From NCBI GenBank assembly GCA_051530055.1, contig CM121341.1:5558784-5622783 (forward strand): DNA of 64,000 nucleotides. Reading direction: 5' to 3'. Source of the stretch: Neoechinorhynchus agilis (lineage: Eukaryota; Animalia; Acanthocephala). The notes under the pieces were generated by a model, which was not told the origin of the DNA, searched no databases, and saw only the letters and a list, made by a program, of their open reading frames with translations. The position numbers and the translations under genes are program-made. Below, piece after piece: positions 12,266 through 24,096 of this stretch (positions are counted from its first letter, which is position 1; every line of letters starts with the position of its first letter).

Positions 12266-13038
12266 AATAAATTTAATCTCGGCCTTTACTATAAGCAAAA
12301 CCCTAAGATAAGACCTGTTCGGAGAAACGTGTTCGTCGTTTCATAATATAGAAGTTTAATTTACATTGTTGCGAAAGTTTTTGGTGCCATCCACCCACTG
12401 AACTACGGTCACAAAAAGGAACTTGTTCGACTCTTATTACCTTGAAGCATTAAATACCTTTGTCTCAGACGTAGGAAGGTTGCGATTCTGAATAGCCAGA
12501 CTGATGTTTTGCTCAACGCAGGAGAATCTCGAGAGCATTAAGCCAAAATGACAAAATAAGCGATACTCACAAAGTAGTACACATTCGACAGAACTTTCAA
12601 GTAAAAGAACGAATCTTCACAAACTACCAACTATAATGAACTCCAGTTGTCTGTCGATTCGACAAAAAATGCATTTTGCACCGAAGAGCCAATATTCAAA
12701 ATATCCACCCACTTTACGATAGCGCAGAAAAAGCGAATTAGTAGCACAAATGCTCAGATGAATGTAGGATGCTATACAAGAAATAGAAGAAAATATATGA
12801 GCGAAAGATAGAACTTGTTTCTTTTGATTCGTAAGTATAAATGATTCTGGGAGCTCGGTAGACTCAATAATGATTGGAATTTGCTTTTAGTTCCCGTTAA
12901 CATTTTTATAGAACCAAAAAGTTCGCAAAATGTTCCTTTAATTCATTCGGATCATCATGGTCGGCCCCGAAGTAGGTTTCTTGCTAAGATTTTCTTAGGC
13001 AAATCCCTTGGCCATTCAGAATAAAAAAGTTCTACAGG

Positions 13039-13269
13039 TTTATTATCGAACGGAAAATGGGTGTTTTATTTGTTTATTGCTTCAAATTTTCGACGCCTTG
13101 CGTCTTCGTCAGGAAGCTTTTCTTCGGTTGTCTGAAAAGGAATCAGAGGAGGGCTACGCTGTCCGTTCCTTTTCAGACAACCGAAGAAAAGCTTCCTGAC
13201 GAAGACGCAAGGCGTCGAAAATTTGAAGCAATAAACAAATAAAACACCCATTTTCCGTTCGATAATAAA
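13039..13269. repeat. Near-perfect foldback (arms ~100 bp, ~23 nt loop)
   Basis: The left arm TTTATTATCGAACGGAAAATGGGTG...GAAAAGGAA is the reverse complement of the right arm. The mirror ORFs 13057+ and 13066- are a by-product. Confidence 0.95.
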
Positions 13270-13529
13270 TCTGGAATAAACATGAGGGTGTTGGGAAAAG
13301 AGGCTTTCCATAATATTAAGTTCTACAGGCGCAACGAAATGAAAATGGTCACTAGAGCGCGAGGTAAGGACAGCAATATAAAATGAGATGTTAACATTCC
13401 GTTTTACTTTTTAGTACATGAGGTACTCGCCGCAAGCATTAAGAATTGATGCTGTTATCCTACAGTGAGATTTGATCATTGTCCTCGGCGTAGGTTTTCC
13501 TTGAATCTTGAGTCGCGCAGGTCATGTTT

Positions 13530-13591
13530 GGATGTAGCTCAGATCCGCGGGTTTGCTAATACCCGAAGTGTGGGAGGTTTGATCCGCACAC
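13530..13591 (+). pseudogene. tRNA-Ala-like relic (pseudogene or SINE head)
   Basis: GGATGTAGCTCAG 5' end, CGGGT-TTGCTAAT-ACCCG hairpin containing TGC, and a GGTTTGATCC B-box-like stretch. D-arm and acceptor stem are not intact. Confidence 0.3.
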
Positions 13592-13921
13592 AAACCTTGT
13601 GAAATATCTCGAAAATAAATGAGTATCGACAACACCGGGGACAGGATTCGCCAACGTGCTATTAAATTAATGTTCAACTCCATTTTCCTTAGAATTTACA
13701 ACACTTAAAAAGTAATTTCTCTGATTATTTCTTGAGTGAGAGAAACTTCATAGAAAATTTCTACTATCCATTGTCACTTCTAAACAAATCAGCTTTAACG
13801 TTTCGTCGGAAATTTTAAAGGGGCAATTAATATACTTTACGAACAATGTTACTATGGCAACATAATCATCGAAATTCAAACGGCAATCGGGATTAATACT
13901 AACACCAGTGAGGACTTAATA

Positions 13922-14917
13922 ATGTCCGATCCATGGGAACTAACTCCGGGCGATCCGAATTATATGACTCCCACAAGCAGCAGTGATGAAGGAGAGCAGG
14001 CACCCCTTGATATGGGACAGCTGAACGAACATCGACCTCCGTTGCGAGTACTAAACGTCGGCGAGATTGCAGGCCTTCGGGAGCAATACCGGTTTCTCCG
14101 AGATTTTCAATTTGATGATCGCGACCGGCCCCGACCGCCGCTGCCGATAATAAACATCGAAGAGATTGCAGACCTTCAAGAGCAATACCCGTTTCCCCCA
14201 GGTTTCCGATTTGATACTGGTAACCGGCCCCGACCTCCGCGGCGGGTAATAAATCTCGACGAGATTGCAGGCCGTCAAGAGGAATCAAGGTTTCCCCGAG
14301 ATTTCCAATTTGATACTGGTAACCGGCCTCGACCTCCGCTGCGGGTAATAAATCTCGACGAGATTGCGGACCGTCAAGAGGAATCAAGGCTTCCCCGAGA
14401 TTTCCGATTTGATGATGGCGACCGGCCTCGACCTCCGCTGCGGGTAATAAATCTCGACGAGATTGCGGACCGTCAAGAGGAATCAAGGCTTCCCCGAGAT
14501 TTCCAATTTGATGATGGCGACCGGCCTCGACCTCCGCTGCGGGTAATAAATCTCGACGAGATTGCGGACCGTCAAGAGGAATCAAGGTTTCCCCGAGATT
14601 TCCAATTTGATGATGGCGACCGGCCTCGACCTCCGCCGCGGGTAATAAATCTCGACGAGATTGCGGACCGTCCAGAGGAATTCCGGTTTCTTTGGGATCC
14701 GTCGGTTGAACATCAAGATTCGCATTCACCTACTAGCGGTGTATACGGTGTTAGCCAAGATAATCGAAGAAGGTATCGGATCCCTGTAAATGAGCCAGAG
14801 AGACCACATAACTTTCATCGAGTACGTTTTTTCACTCGAGACGATGATTCAGTTTTAGAAGGTTGTTATTCGTCGGAAGAGACCTCAGATGACCAAAGCA
14901 TGTTTGATTATGAATAA
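13922..14917 (+). CDS. Orphan 331-aa protein with ~7 tandem 33-aa (99-bp) repeats
   Basis: ATG-to-stop ORF. The repeat RPRPPLRVINLDEIADRQEESRFPRDFQFDDGD varies by substitution with no frame-breaking indels. Confidence 0.55.
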   Translation: MSDPWELTPGDPNYMTPTSSSDEGEQAPLDMGQLNEHRPPLRVLNVGEIAGLREQYRFLRDFQFDDRDRPRPPLPIINIEEIADLQEQYPFPPGFRFDTGNRPRPPRRVINLDEIAGRQEESRFPRDFQFDTGNRPRPPLRVINLDEIADRQEESRLPRDFRFDDGDRPRPPLRVINLDEIADRQEESRLPRDFQFDDGDRPRPPLRVINLDEIADRQEESRFPRDFQFDDGDRPRPPPRVINLDEIADRPEEFRFLWDPSVEHQDSHSPTSGVYGVSQDNRRRYRIPVNEPERPHNFHRVRFFTRDDDSVLEGCYSSEETSDDQSMFDYE

Positions 14918-15595
14918 AAAGATTTTTCTGTGAATTACTGGAAGTAAACAAAATGGGAAAATAATATGGGCGATCGCCTATAACGCAAACTTACATCGAA
15001 TTAAAAAAATTGTTTTTTTTGAATATTGAACTATTCATGCTTCGGCACAATCTTGTGCACTAAAAACTTTTATAAAAGCACGATATTGTGCCGAAATATC
15101 AAACAAGCTTAAAAGTATTTAATGCGAATTCACTGCATTTAACCATCAAGAGACAAAAGGAATTGAATCAGCGCCGCGGGTGGGTATAGCACATTGGTGT
15201 GGCCTTTTGATTCAACCAAAACTAAGTAGAAACAGACGACAAATAGAGGATCGAATGTGTCATTTCGCCGCAGGAATGGAGAGGAATTGGATCAAGATAT
15301 GAATCAAATTCCACACAATTTCATTAGGATGATTTGCAAGAAGAGTTGATAATGTGTAAAAGGCATCGTGGGAAATTAGTGGCACTAAGGGACATTACTT
15401 TAATGCAAGAATTTCTAAATGGTTCTGTGTTTAATTACTCACGAATCATCTTTACATCTCACATTATGGAACTGTTAATTTATGGACCAGACTTCATTCA
15501 TTTTGGCAAACTCAAAAACATGAGACTACGCGTTGAAAAGGAGGAGATGAAATCTAAGGCAAATTTTGCTGAAATCACAATTCCAATATGGAAAG

Positions 15596-16225
15596 TGGAA
15601 GCATACGTTTTAACAGCCTCAAGAAGTCCAACAAAATAAACAAAATATATTGAGAATAATAAATCTTTATTTTTCAATGATTTTGCAAAAATCTTCTTTA
15701 CGGAAAAGAATTCGCTGCAGTGAATGCATTAAATTTTTTATAGACCAAAAACTATTAGGAAAAAAGAAAAAACATAAATATGCTTCGAGGAGAATGAAGG
15801 AAGTTCCGCCATACTCAACCATTTTCTACAACAATTTTTATGGAAGTCATCATAAAAGGAGCCGTGTTCAAAGTCCTAAATAATTATATCTACACCAAGA
15901 AAGCTAAATCACTAAACTCCATGATTAAAAAACGAACATGGAAACAAAGCAATGTATTTTTTGGTGATAAGAAAAACGGAGATTGTTTTCTTATTCTCAA
16001 TATATTTCGTCGGACTTCTTCGGGTTGTAAAAGTGTTTAATGAGCACTTGAACGTCTGCGTATTAAACGCATTTTAACAGCCTCAAGAAGTCCAACAAAA
16101 TATATTGAGAATAATAAATCTTTATTTTTCAATGATTTTGCAAAAATCTTTTTTACGGAAAAGAATTCGCTGCAGTGAATGCATTAAAGTTTTTATAGAC
16201 CAAAAACTTAGGAAAAAAGAAAATA
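15596..16225. repeat. Local direct duplication (~170 bp; ~15596-15780 vs ~16065-16225)
   Basis: TTTTAACAGCCTCAAGAAGTCCAACAAAA...GAAAAGAATTCGCTGCAGTGAATGCATTAAA occurs twice. Confidence 0.85.
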
Positions 16226-16589
16226 ATATTTCCCTCCCCGCATAGAAGATATTGAAATATTTCGCGAATAGAAAACGTCAAAATTCCCAATATTTCGTCC
16301 GTAGATCAGGGTGCCTCTATCCTGAGTTTTGGCCTATAATCCGCCCTATTTGACTGGAATGCTCACTTGGTATCATCATTGTCAAAAATCAATCTCACGA
16401 TTCGATTGTGCCCAATTTGTAGACTTTTCGACGGATTCAGAATGCTAAACTATTTTTGTTGAGAATATAGATTCCGGCTATCTATTCTTCCGCGTGGATA
16501 AAACGAGAATGCATTTTTTTTGATTGGATAACAATTATTTCGCAATTTTTTATCGATTGTTTGCGATCATAGGTTTTATTCTCAATAGT

Positions 16590-16890
16590 CGCCCGAATGC
16601 TTGCAGTGTTGCCTCTTGACGGCGTCGCTTCAGATCCCTCAGGAGTTGACGAGCCTCGTTACCAAGAGATCCGTAGGTCTCAACCCCAAAAGGCGCAAAC
16701 TCATGGCCTAAATCGAGGTATTTCGCCGTTTTCCGTCCTTCCGAAGCGCCCCTCCAGTCGAATTTTTTATAATCAAAATTTTAGTGAGATGTCCTCGATG
16801 AGCTTGCTTTGAACCTCTCTCCCCTCAGCATATTGTCCAAGTCCCGTGAAGAAGCCGTTAAACGGTGAAAGCTTGGGCAAAAAAAAGGTC
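16590..16890 (-). mobile_element. Decayed CRE-clade non-LTR retrotransposon fragment (REL region)
   Basis: The minus strand encodes EGRKTAKYLDLGHEFAPFGVETYGSLGNEARQLLRDLKRR, the E.RK..KY...F.PF.VET.G..G..A motif of CRE ORFs. Confidence 0.75.
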
Positions 16891-16963
16891 GTCGTTGTTT
16901 GTCAAGGGAAACTGGAGATGTGATTTCGCAACGAAAATCTGATTATTTCTGTTTAGATTAAAG

Positions 16964-17635
16964 ATGTCTGAGACTTCGGGAATCGTCGATGAGATGGACA
17001 TTGATAAAATAATGAACGTAAAAGTGCATCAAGTCCACACTGGTCAATCGGTTGATCGATCAATAGCATCAATAAAACGATCAGGTGTTGTATATTTAAG
17101 TCGGATTCCAACTCGGATGACCGTAAGTGATGTTCATGCGGCTCTTACACAATATGGAGAAGTCGGACGAATATACTTGAAGCCGGACGAGAGCGTTAGT
17201 CACTCAAAACAGTTTAAATTTAATGAAGGATGGGTTGAGTTTAGGAACAAAAAAGTTGCCAAGCTTGTCGCGGCGAATTTAAACAATCGGCAGGTAGAAG
17301 GAAAGAGTCGTAAAGTGCCATGGTACTATGATTTATGGAATATTCGGTATATGCCAAAATTGAAATGGAGTCATATAAAGGAAGAGAACGCTCAGAGGCA
17401 AATAATGAAGAGAAAACATTTGGCTCAGGAATTGAAATTAGGGAAAAAAGAAGCGGATTATCTGGACGGATGCTTGGAAAAGAGCAAAAGAATAAAGAAA
17501 AAGGTAGAAAAGTGCGATAATGATGAATTAGGGAGCAATATAAAGGCCACAATAAAGCAACAAGACTGGGTGTTTCAAGAAAAACCCATGTCAGCTGATT
17601 TGATTCGACGAATTTTTAATGCAAAACGTAACTGA
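16964..17635 (+). CDS. ABT1: Activator of basal transcription 1 / pre-rRNA processing ESF2 (RRM)
   Basis: GVVYLSRIP...YGEVGRIYL...EGWVEF...AKLVA..LNN...YDLWNIRY..KLKW. Single exon. Confidence 0.93.
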   Translation: MSETSGIVDEMDIDKIMNVKVHQVHTGQSVDRSIASIKRSGVVYLSRIPTRMTVSDVHAALTQYGEVGRIYLKPDESVSHSKQFKFNEGWVEFRNKKVAKLVAANLNNRQVEGKSRKVPWYYDLWNIRYMPKLKWSHIKEENAQRQIMKRKHLAQELKLGKKEADYLDGCLEKSKRIKKKVEKCDNDELGSNIKATIKQQDWVFQEKPMSADLIRRIFNAKRN

Positions 17636-17645
17636 ATTCGCTATT

Positions 17646-20348
17646 TTAAGTGTGTATGGCACCAAGTTCTTTTGCCATCATAGCCAACATCTTAGACTTC
17701 ACTTCAATTTGCTTGCTGATCGGCTTCCCTTGACCATGACCAGCTCTTGATTCGATGTGAACCACCAACGGATTCTGTTGACTGGCAACGTTTCCAATTG
17801 AATGTTGCAACTCTGCTATGTATTTGAACGTATGCGCCGGTACAACACGATCATCGTGATCGGCTGTAATGCATAGAATTGCGGGAAATTGATGGCCTTC
17901 GAGTGTTTTTGGGATGTTATGAAGGGGACTATATTTTATCAGATATTCAAAGTCATCTTTGTCGTCACTGCATCCGTAGTCTGATATCCATGCAATTCCT
18001 ATGGTCCATTTAAGGTTTGGAATCTTTAAGTGTCCAAAAAAAGAGAGATCAACCCGGAAAAAGATCTCAAACCGTGTGGAACCGTAGCATGTCAAGTACG
18101 CCTACTTCCGAAATAACCATTCGAAAAAGCTTAGGCCTTAAATTAGCACATGCAGCAGCCAAAAGTCCGCCATTAGATCCGCCATGAATAACTAATCGTT
18201 TTGAAGATGTATACTTGTTTTCGACAAGAAACGTCGCAGCATCGCAGAAATCGTAAAAGCTGTTCATTTTGTTGAATCTTTGGCCGTCCTTGTGCCACTG
18301 TTCGCCGTACTCGCATCCTCCTCGGATATTTGGGATCGCCAATACTCCACCGAAATCGCAAATCCACATGAGACGATTGAGAGAAAACGAGGGCATTAAA
18401 TTAACTCCAAATCCACCATATCCATACAGATATAGAGGCGAAGTTCCATCACGTGGTGTATTCTACGAAAGGACGGATGTGTAGATTCGTTAAGAAACGA
18501 TAGCGACGAAATATACCTTGGATTTGACGATGTACATTGGAATTTTAACGGTTTTATCAACACTACTAGAATAAAAAACTTGTTCGCATTCAATGTGACT
18601 CACATCAAGTCCTTCGAAGTTCGTCTCACGATAAACCTTATGTGAAAACAGATATACATATTAGTACGATTTTTGGTCTTACGTTCAAATCAGTAGACTT
18701 ATCGAGGTCAATCGAGTAAATTTTTTGAGGTGAGGTGTATGAATATGTTGAGAAAAAGATCTTTTAACGGAAATTTTAAATGGAGATCACTCCCAAAAGA
18801 GTACCTCATGCTCTTCCGACGAGCATTTAATGCTCTGAATAGTGACGGATCCCAGTGCGTCTTCGCCATATTCCACTATTCTTTGTCCGGTTTCCAAGTC
18901 GTGAATTGACAAAATGTTCTGTTATTTACATTGAACCTTTAAAATTATGACGAAGAGTGATCTTACTTTTACGTGATGGACACGGTTTACAATCAAATAC
19001 TTTCCATGAGCACAAAGGCAGTCCTCAATCATATCGGTATCGTCCTCCTCAATTATTGTTCTCCAATTTTCTTTAGAAGGATTGTTCATACCATGACGGT
19101 CGTACTCAACGCAAACTCAATGAATTTACTGGAAACAAGGAGCTTTTTTGAAGCTTATTTGGTTGATTATTCCGATAAATCGAGCACACTATGAGGGATT
19201 ATGTTGACTTAATCCTGCCCCCCCCAAAAAAAAGCGATTAATAAATCCTTATTTTTGCTTTAAACCCGGAAAAGATCTAAACGAATATGTGGGCATTAAA
19301 AGTAAAATTCACGATGATTTAAATAAATTTACTGCACTTTAGAGCCTAATGTTCGACCGCCTTGGCCTACATCGATAACGATCACCTTGAATCTATCTGC
19401 TCCATCACAATTGGTCACAAAATAGAACATCGATCCCTTGTTTTCAATCATCATATAAGCAGCATCGTACGTATCTAAAATCTTTTGCCACTCAATATTT
19501 GTATCGAATTGTTTATCCAGCTTAGCGACCCATACAGCATTATCGGTTTTGCAGCCATATCTTAACGTCGCCAATAAGTAGTTTCCGTCTAGAGTGGCAC
19601 TAATACTGGCATTCAGACCAGGACTATTGGGAAAATTAAGAACCAGTTTATCCTCACTTTGGTCATATCCAAGACGATGGTACATTGTCTTGCAAAACGT
19701 ATTTCCGGTCATTTCTGTGCCATCCGCTTTCTTCTCAACGTCGTAGGTATTATAGAAGCCTCCGGTGGAATCTGCAAGCCACTGAAAACATGAGAATTTG
19801 ACATGTTCAAGGCGGTCAGCCAATTTTCGTGCTTCTTCATCAAATGTAATGAATCGAACTGTATTCCAATCGGAACCCGCTTCACTTGAAGCATAAGCTA
19901 TCAGATTATTATCCGGACTACACGAAATACCGGACAACGCTATAGTTCCATCTTTTGACCATTCATTGGGGTTCATATAGAGCCGACCGATTTTATCTTC
20001 AGACGACCGGGAAAAGTAAATTTCGTCTTGGTTTTGGAGACCAGAATTGTGGGAGAATATGTATTTGCCTCCACGAGGTGTCGGAGCCGAGAATCTTTCA
20101 AAGTCATATAACTTAGTCATCTTGTTTCTAATGATTTGTGACAAATCCTGACAGTCCGAGAAGTATGCATCAAAAACGGATTGCTGGTCCGAGATGAACT
20201 TTTTTGTTTCGTCACTATCGGGATCTTCTAGCCACCGATATGGATCGGGTATCAAATGACCGTGATAGTCATCAATGATGGTATCGTCTCTTCGAGCAAC
20301 TGGATAATTGTAACGATTTTGAGAAAACGAGGTGCGAACTTGTCCCAT
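17646..20348 (-). CDS. PREP: Prolyl oligopeptidase (S9A), 6 exons
   Basis: N-terminal YPVARRDD...[11 protein letters not shown], a beta-propeller, YGYGGF, and the catalytic triad motifs [16 protein letters not shown] and AGHG. Introns at 19370-19105 and 18072-18024 have paired ends; three others are ordinary 44-54 nt GT-AG. Confidence 0.95.
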
Positions 20349-20547
20349 CGTCGAAGGAAAACACGGAGTTCTTGAATGAAGTAGAGCTGGAAAATAAAAC
20401 AGAAAGCGTCCTGAACACAAGCTTCGCCCTTGTCGCACAATGACTGAATGGAACAAAGTGAAAAAATGTGACATTAAAAAATAGGGGCGTGAAGGCAAAA
20501 TCAAGGCAAAAGATCTTTGAAGTACGAAAGACCGAAGTCTTCAAATA

Positions 20548-22510
20548 ACGTTTTGACTTGTGTATGGGTGAAGAATACTCGAACGGTTAAAAATCATTTT
20601 ATTCTTCTGAAATATCTCGAAAGAGAGGAAACCTCGCATTCTCAATCTGAGTTTGCGATTGTTTACGACGATTGAGAATGCGAGGTTTCCTCTCTTTCGA
20701 AATATTTCAGAAGAATAAAATGATTTTTAACCGGTCGAGTATTCTTCACCCATACACAAGTCAAAATTTAACAATCCCGATATGGATTTTCTCTCGATAT
20801 GATTTGTGGCATTACTTGAAGAATCATATCGATAGAAAATCCATATCTGGATAGCAAATTTTGACTTGTGGTCGGTGAAGAATACTCGAACGGTTAAAAA
20901 TCATTTTATTCTTCTGAAATATCTCGAAGAGAGAAAACCTCGCCTTCTCAATCTGAGTTTGCGATTGTTTACGACGATTGAGAATGCGAGGTTTCCTCTC
21001 TTTCGAAATATTTCAGAAGAATAAAATGATTTTTAACCGGTCGAGTATTCTTCACCCATACACAAGTCAAAATTTAACAATCCCGATATGGATTTTCTCT
21101 CGATATGATTTGTGGCATTATTTGAAGAATCATATCGATAGAAAATCCATATCTGGATAGCAAATTTTGACTTGTGCATGGGTGAAGAATACTCGAACGG
21201 TTAAAAATCATTTTATTCTTCTGAAATATCTCGAAAGAGAGAAAACCTCGCCTTCTCAATCTGAGTTTGCGATTGTTTACGACGATTGAGAATGCGAGGT
21301 TTCCTCTCTTTCGAAATATTTCAGAAGAATAAAATGATTTTTAACCGGTCGAGTATTCTTCACCCACCACACAAGTCAAAATTTAACATCCCGATATGGA
21401 TTTTCTCTCGATTTGATTTGTGGCATTATTTGAAGAATCATAGCGATAGAAAATCCATATTTGGATAGCAAATTTTGACTTGTGCATGGGTGAAGAATAT
21501 TCGAACGGTTAAAAATCATTTTATTCTTCTGAAATATCTCGAAGAGAGAAAACCTCGCCTTCTCAATCTGAGTTTGCGATTGTTTACGACGATTGAGAAT
21601 GCGAGGTTTCCTCTCTTTCGAAATATTTCAGAAGAATAAAATGATTTTTAACCGGTCGAGTATTCTTCACCCACCACACAAGTCAAAATTTAACATCCCG
21701 ATATGGATTTTCTCTCGATTTGATTTGTGGCATTATTTGAAGAATCATATCGAGAGAAAATCCATATCTGGATAGCAAATTTTGACTTGTGGTCGGTGAA
21801 GAATACTCGAACGGTTAAAAATCATTTTATTCTTCTGAAATATCTCGAAAGAGAGGAAACCTCGCCTTCTCAATCTGAGTTTGCGATTGTTTACGACGAC
21901 TGAGAAGGCGAGGTTTCCTCTCTTTCGAAATATTTCAGAAGAATAAAATGATTTTTAACCGGGCGAGTATTCTTCACCCACCACACAAGTCAAAATTTAA
22001 CATCCCGATATGGATTTTCTCTCGATTTGATTTGTGGCATTATTTGAAGAATCATATCGAGAGAAAATCCATATCTGGATAGCAAATTTTGACTTGTGTA
22101 TGGGTGAAGAATACTCGAACGGTTAAAAATCATTTTATTCTTCTGAAATATTTCGAAAGAGAGGAAACCTCGCCTTCTCAATCTGAGTTTGCGATTGTTT
22201 ACGACGACTGAGAAGGCGAGGTTTCCTCTCTTTCGAAATATTTCATTAGAATAAAATGATTTTTAACCGGTCGAGTATTCTTCACCCACCACACAAGTCA
22301 AAATTTAACATCCCGATATGGATTTTCTCTCGATATGATTTGTGGCATTATTTGAAGAATCATAGCGATAGAAAATCCATATCTGGATAGCAAATTTTGA
22401 CTTGTGGTGGGTGACGAATACTCGAACGGTTAAAAATCATTTTATTCTAATGAAATATTTCGAAAGAGAGGAAACCTCGTCTTCTCAATCTGAGTTTGCG
22501 ACTGTTTACG
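20548..22510. repeat. Tandem array of a ~307-bp self-complementary (foldback family A) unit, ~6.4 copies
   Basis: Each unit runs GATTGAGAATGCGAGG...GATATGATT-loop-AATCATATC...CCTCGCCTTCTCAATC, and units are separated by TGAGTTTGCGATTGTTTACGAC. A related copy lies at 44905-45440. Confidence 0.95.
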
Positions 22511-23718
22511 ACGATTGAGAAGGCGAGGTTTACTAATTATTAAACAAAGACATTTGCTAGCGAATTCCCTCAGTGTCATTGTGAAATGTTTTGCATGAAC
22601 TAAAATGTGAGTCAGGTCGTTGTCGAGATATACACCAACAGCCACATTTTTCGAATATATATAAACGTTCGATATTTCCGCGTTTTCATCGATGTGTTCA
22701 CCGCTTTCACTGTCCGCTAAAATTGCGTCTTATTTCTCTTGTTCAATCTGAAATGGTTATTTTTTAAACCTTCCACCTTTGCCGCAATTATTTTCTATAT
22801 AAAACAAAATCTGAATTTATAACGCCTTTTTTTATTCGGTATGTTATAAATACTTTCTATGATATTAAAACGATAAATTACGGATGATATCCTACGCCGT
22901 TTTCGATACTAACTTCTCAGAATGTTAAATAGGTTGAGTACTGAGCTGTGACAATATCGCAAACAATAACGCTACTGCACAGCGTAATGTTTAAGGACGA
23001 ATTCGGTTTTTAATCGAAGTGTTTAATTCCCTATTACAGTTGCAATTATTTGATAAGTACGAGCTTCTCATAGTTCTTTTCGTTAAAGTAACTCTAATAA
23101 ATAGTTATAAAAAAGACAAAAAGTTCGCTTTCTATAATTTTTATTGACCACTCAACATTAGTGTAACAAGTAAAAAAGTGATCGCATCAACTTATATATT
23201 CAATCCATTTTCTGCTTTTTCTTCAAATTGCATAATTGGGACTTCGAAAACGATCCAAGTCCTTAGGTGTTGCGTCGCACAAAATGATCTTCTCGAAAGT
23301 TTACTGGTCCCGACCATGGCTTTCCACATTCTCTTATGGCATTTTTTTTAACTAAAGCACAAATAATGGTATTCAAGCACACAGATAAATTTTTAGAACT
23401 AATTTTTACTGCAACTCTCTGAACTTAATAAAGTTTGACAAATTCGATAGATTTTTTCCAAAACACCCACTTAAGCTTTTATTGTACCCGTTGGTTAATA
23501 ATCTACTCGCCCAATTATCCTTGGAAATGAATTGCTTCGAGGCAGCGAATGCAAAGTACTTATTTTCGCATATCGTCTCGGAATTTCCTTCTTTTTCGAT
23601 GAAGCGTTGCACAAACCCCGTCAAGCCCAAAATGGTCCATGATTTATTCCGTATTAAAGAATTGCACTCATAAAAGACCGTTTTCTCCCATATTTGCCAC
23701 CGTTTTTGCACATTTTAG

Positions 23719-24096
23719 ATGTCTACTTCGAGGATAATTGAATTGAGTGAAGTAGAGAAGCACAACCATCCATCCGATGTTTGGGTAGTTATCCATGGGA
23801 AGGTTTACGATGTTACTAGATTCCTAAGCGATCACCCTGGCGGTGAAGACGTACTACTGAGTGTGGCTGGTTCCGATGCCACGGATGCTTTTGAGGATGT
23901 TAGCCACAGCATGGAAGCTAGAGAGCAACTCAAGGATTACGAGATTGGCACAGTTGCTACATCTAGTTCAAATGAAGCCGATTCATCAATGCACCAGACA
24001 CCTGATTCGTCTTTTAACAAGTACTTCTTTATTGGATCATTTGCATTGGCTCTCTTGTCAGTCCTTGTTTACAGAATCATTTTTTCTTGTCCTTAA
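23719..24096 (+). CDS. CYB5: Cytochrome b5 with C-terminal membrane anchor
   Basis: HNHPSDVWVVIHGKVYDVTRFLSDHPGGEDVL...DATDAFEDVSHS heme-binding motif, followed by a hydrophobic tail. Confidence 0.96.
   Translation: MSTSRIIELSEVEKHNHPSDVWVVIHGKVYDVTRFLSDHPGGEDVLLSVAGSDATDAFEDVSHSMEAREQLKDYEIGTVATSSSNEADSSMHQTPDSSFNKYFFIGSFALALLSVLVYRIIFSCP

Noticed and set aside
13899-14729. 276-aa antisense ORF as a separate gene
   Set aside because: Most simply the shadow of the GC-richer 99-bp repeat; the + strand ORF extends beyond the repeats on both sides.
15334-15639. Sm/LSm-like reading of KRHRGKLVALRD
   Set aside because: It lacks the D..MN and second Sm motifs, has a TTG start, and its end lies in a local duplication.
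18745-18800. Apparent frameshift at PREP intron 3
   Set aside because: On recount the T-run is 5 nt, and the 44-nt GT-AG intron gives [14 protein letters not shown] in frame. It is an ordinary intron.
20548-22510. CRISPR-like array, and the repeated 60-aa MRMRGFLSF ORFs
   Set aside because: There are no unique spacers, the host is eukaryotic and no cas genes are present. The ORFs are by-products of the repeat unit.
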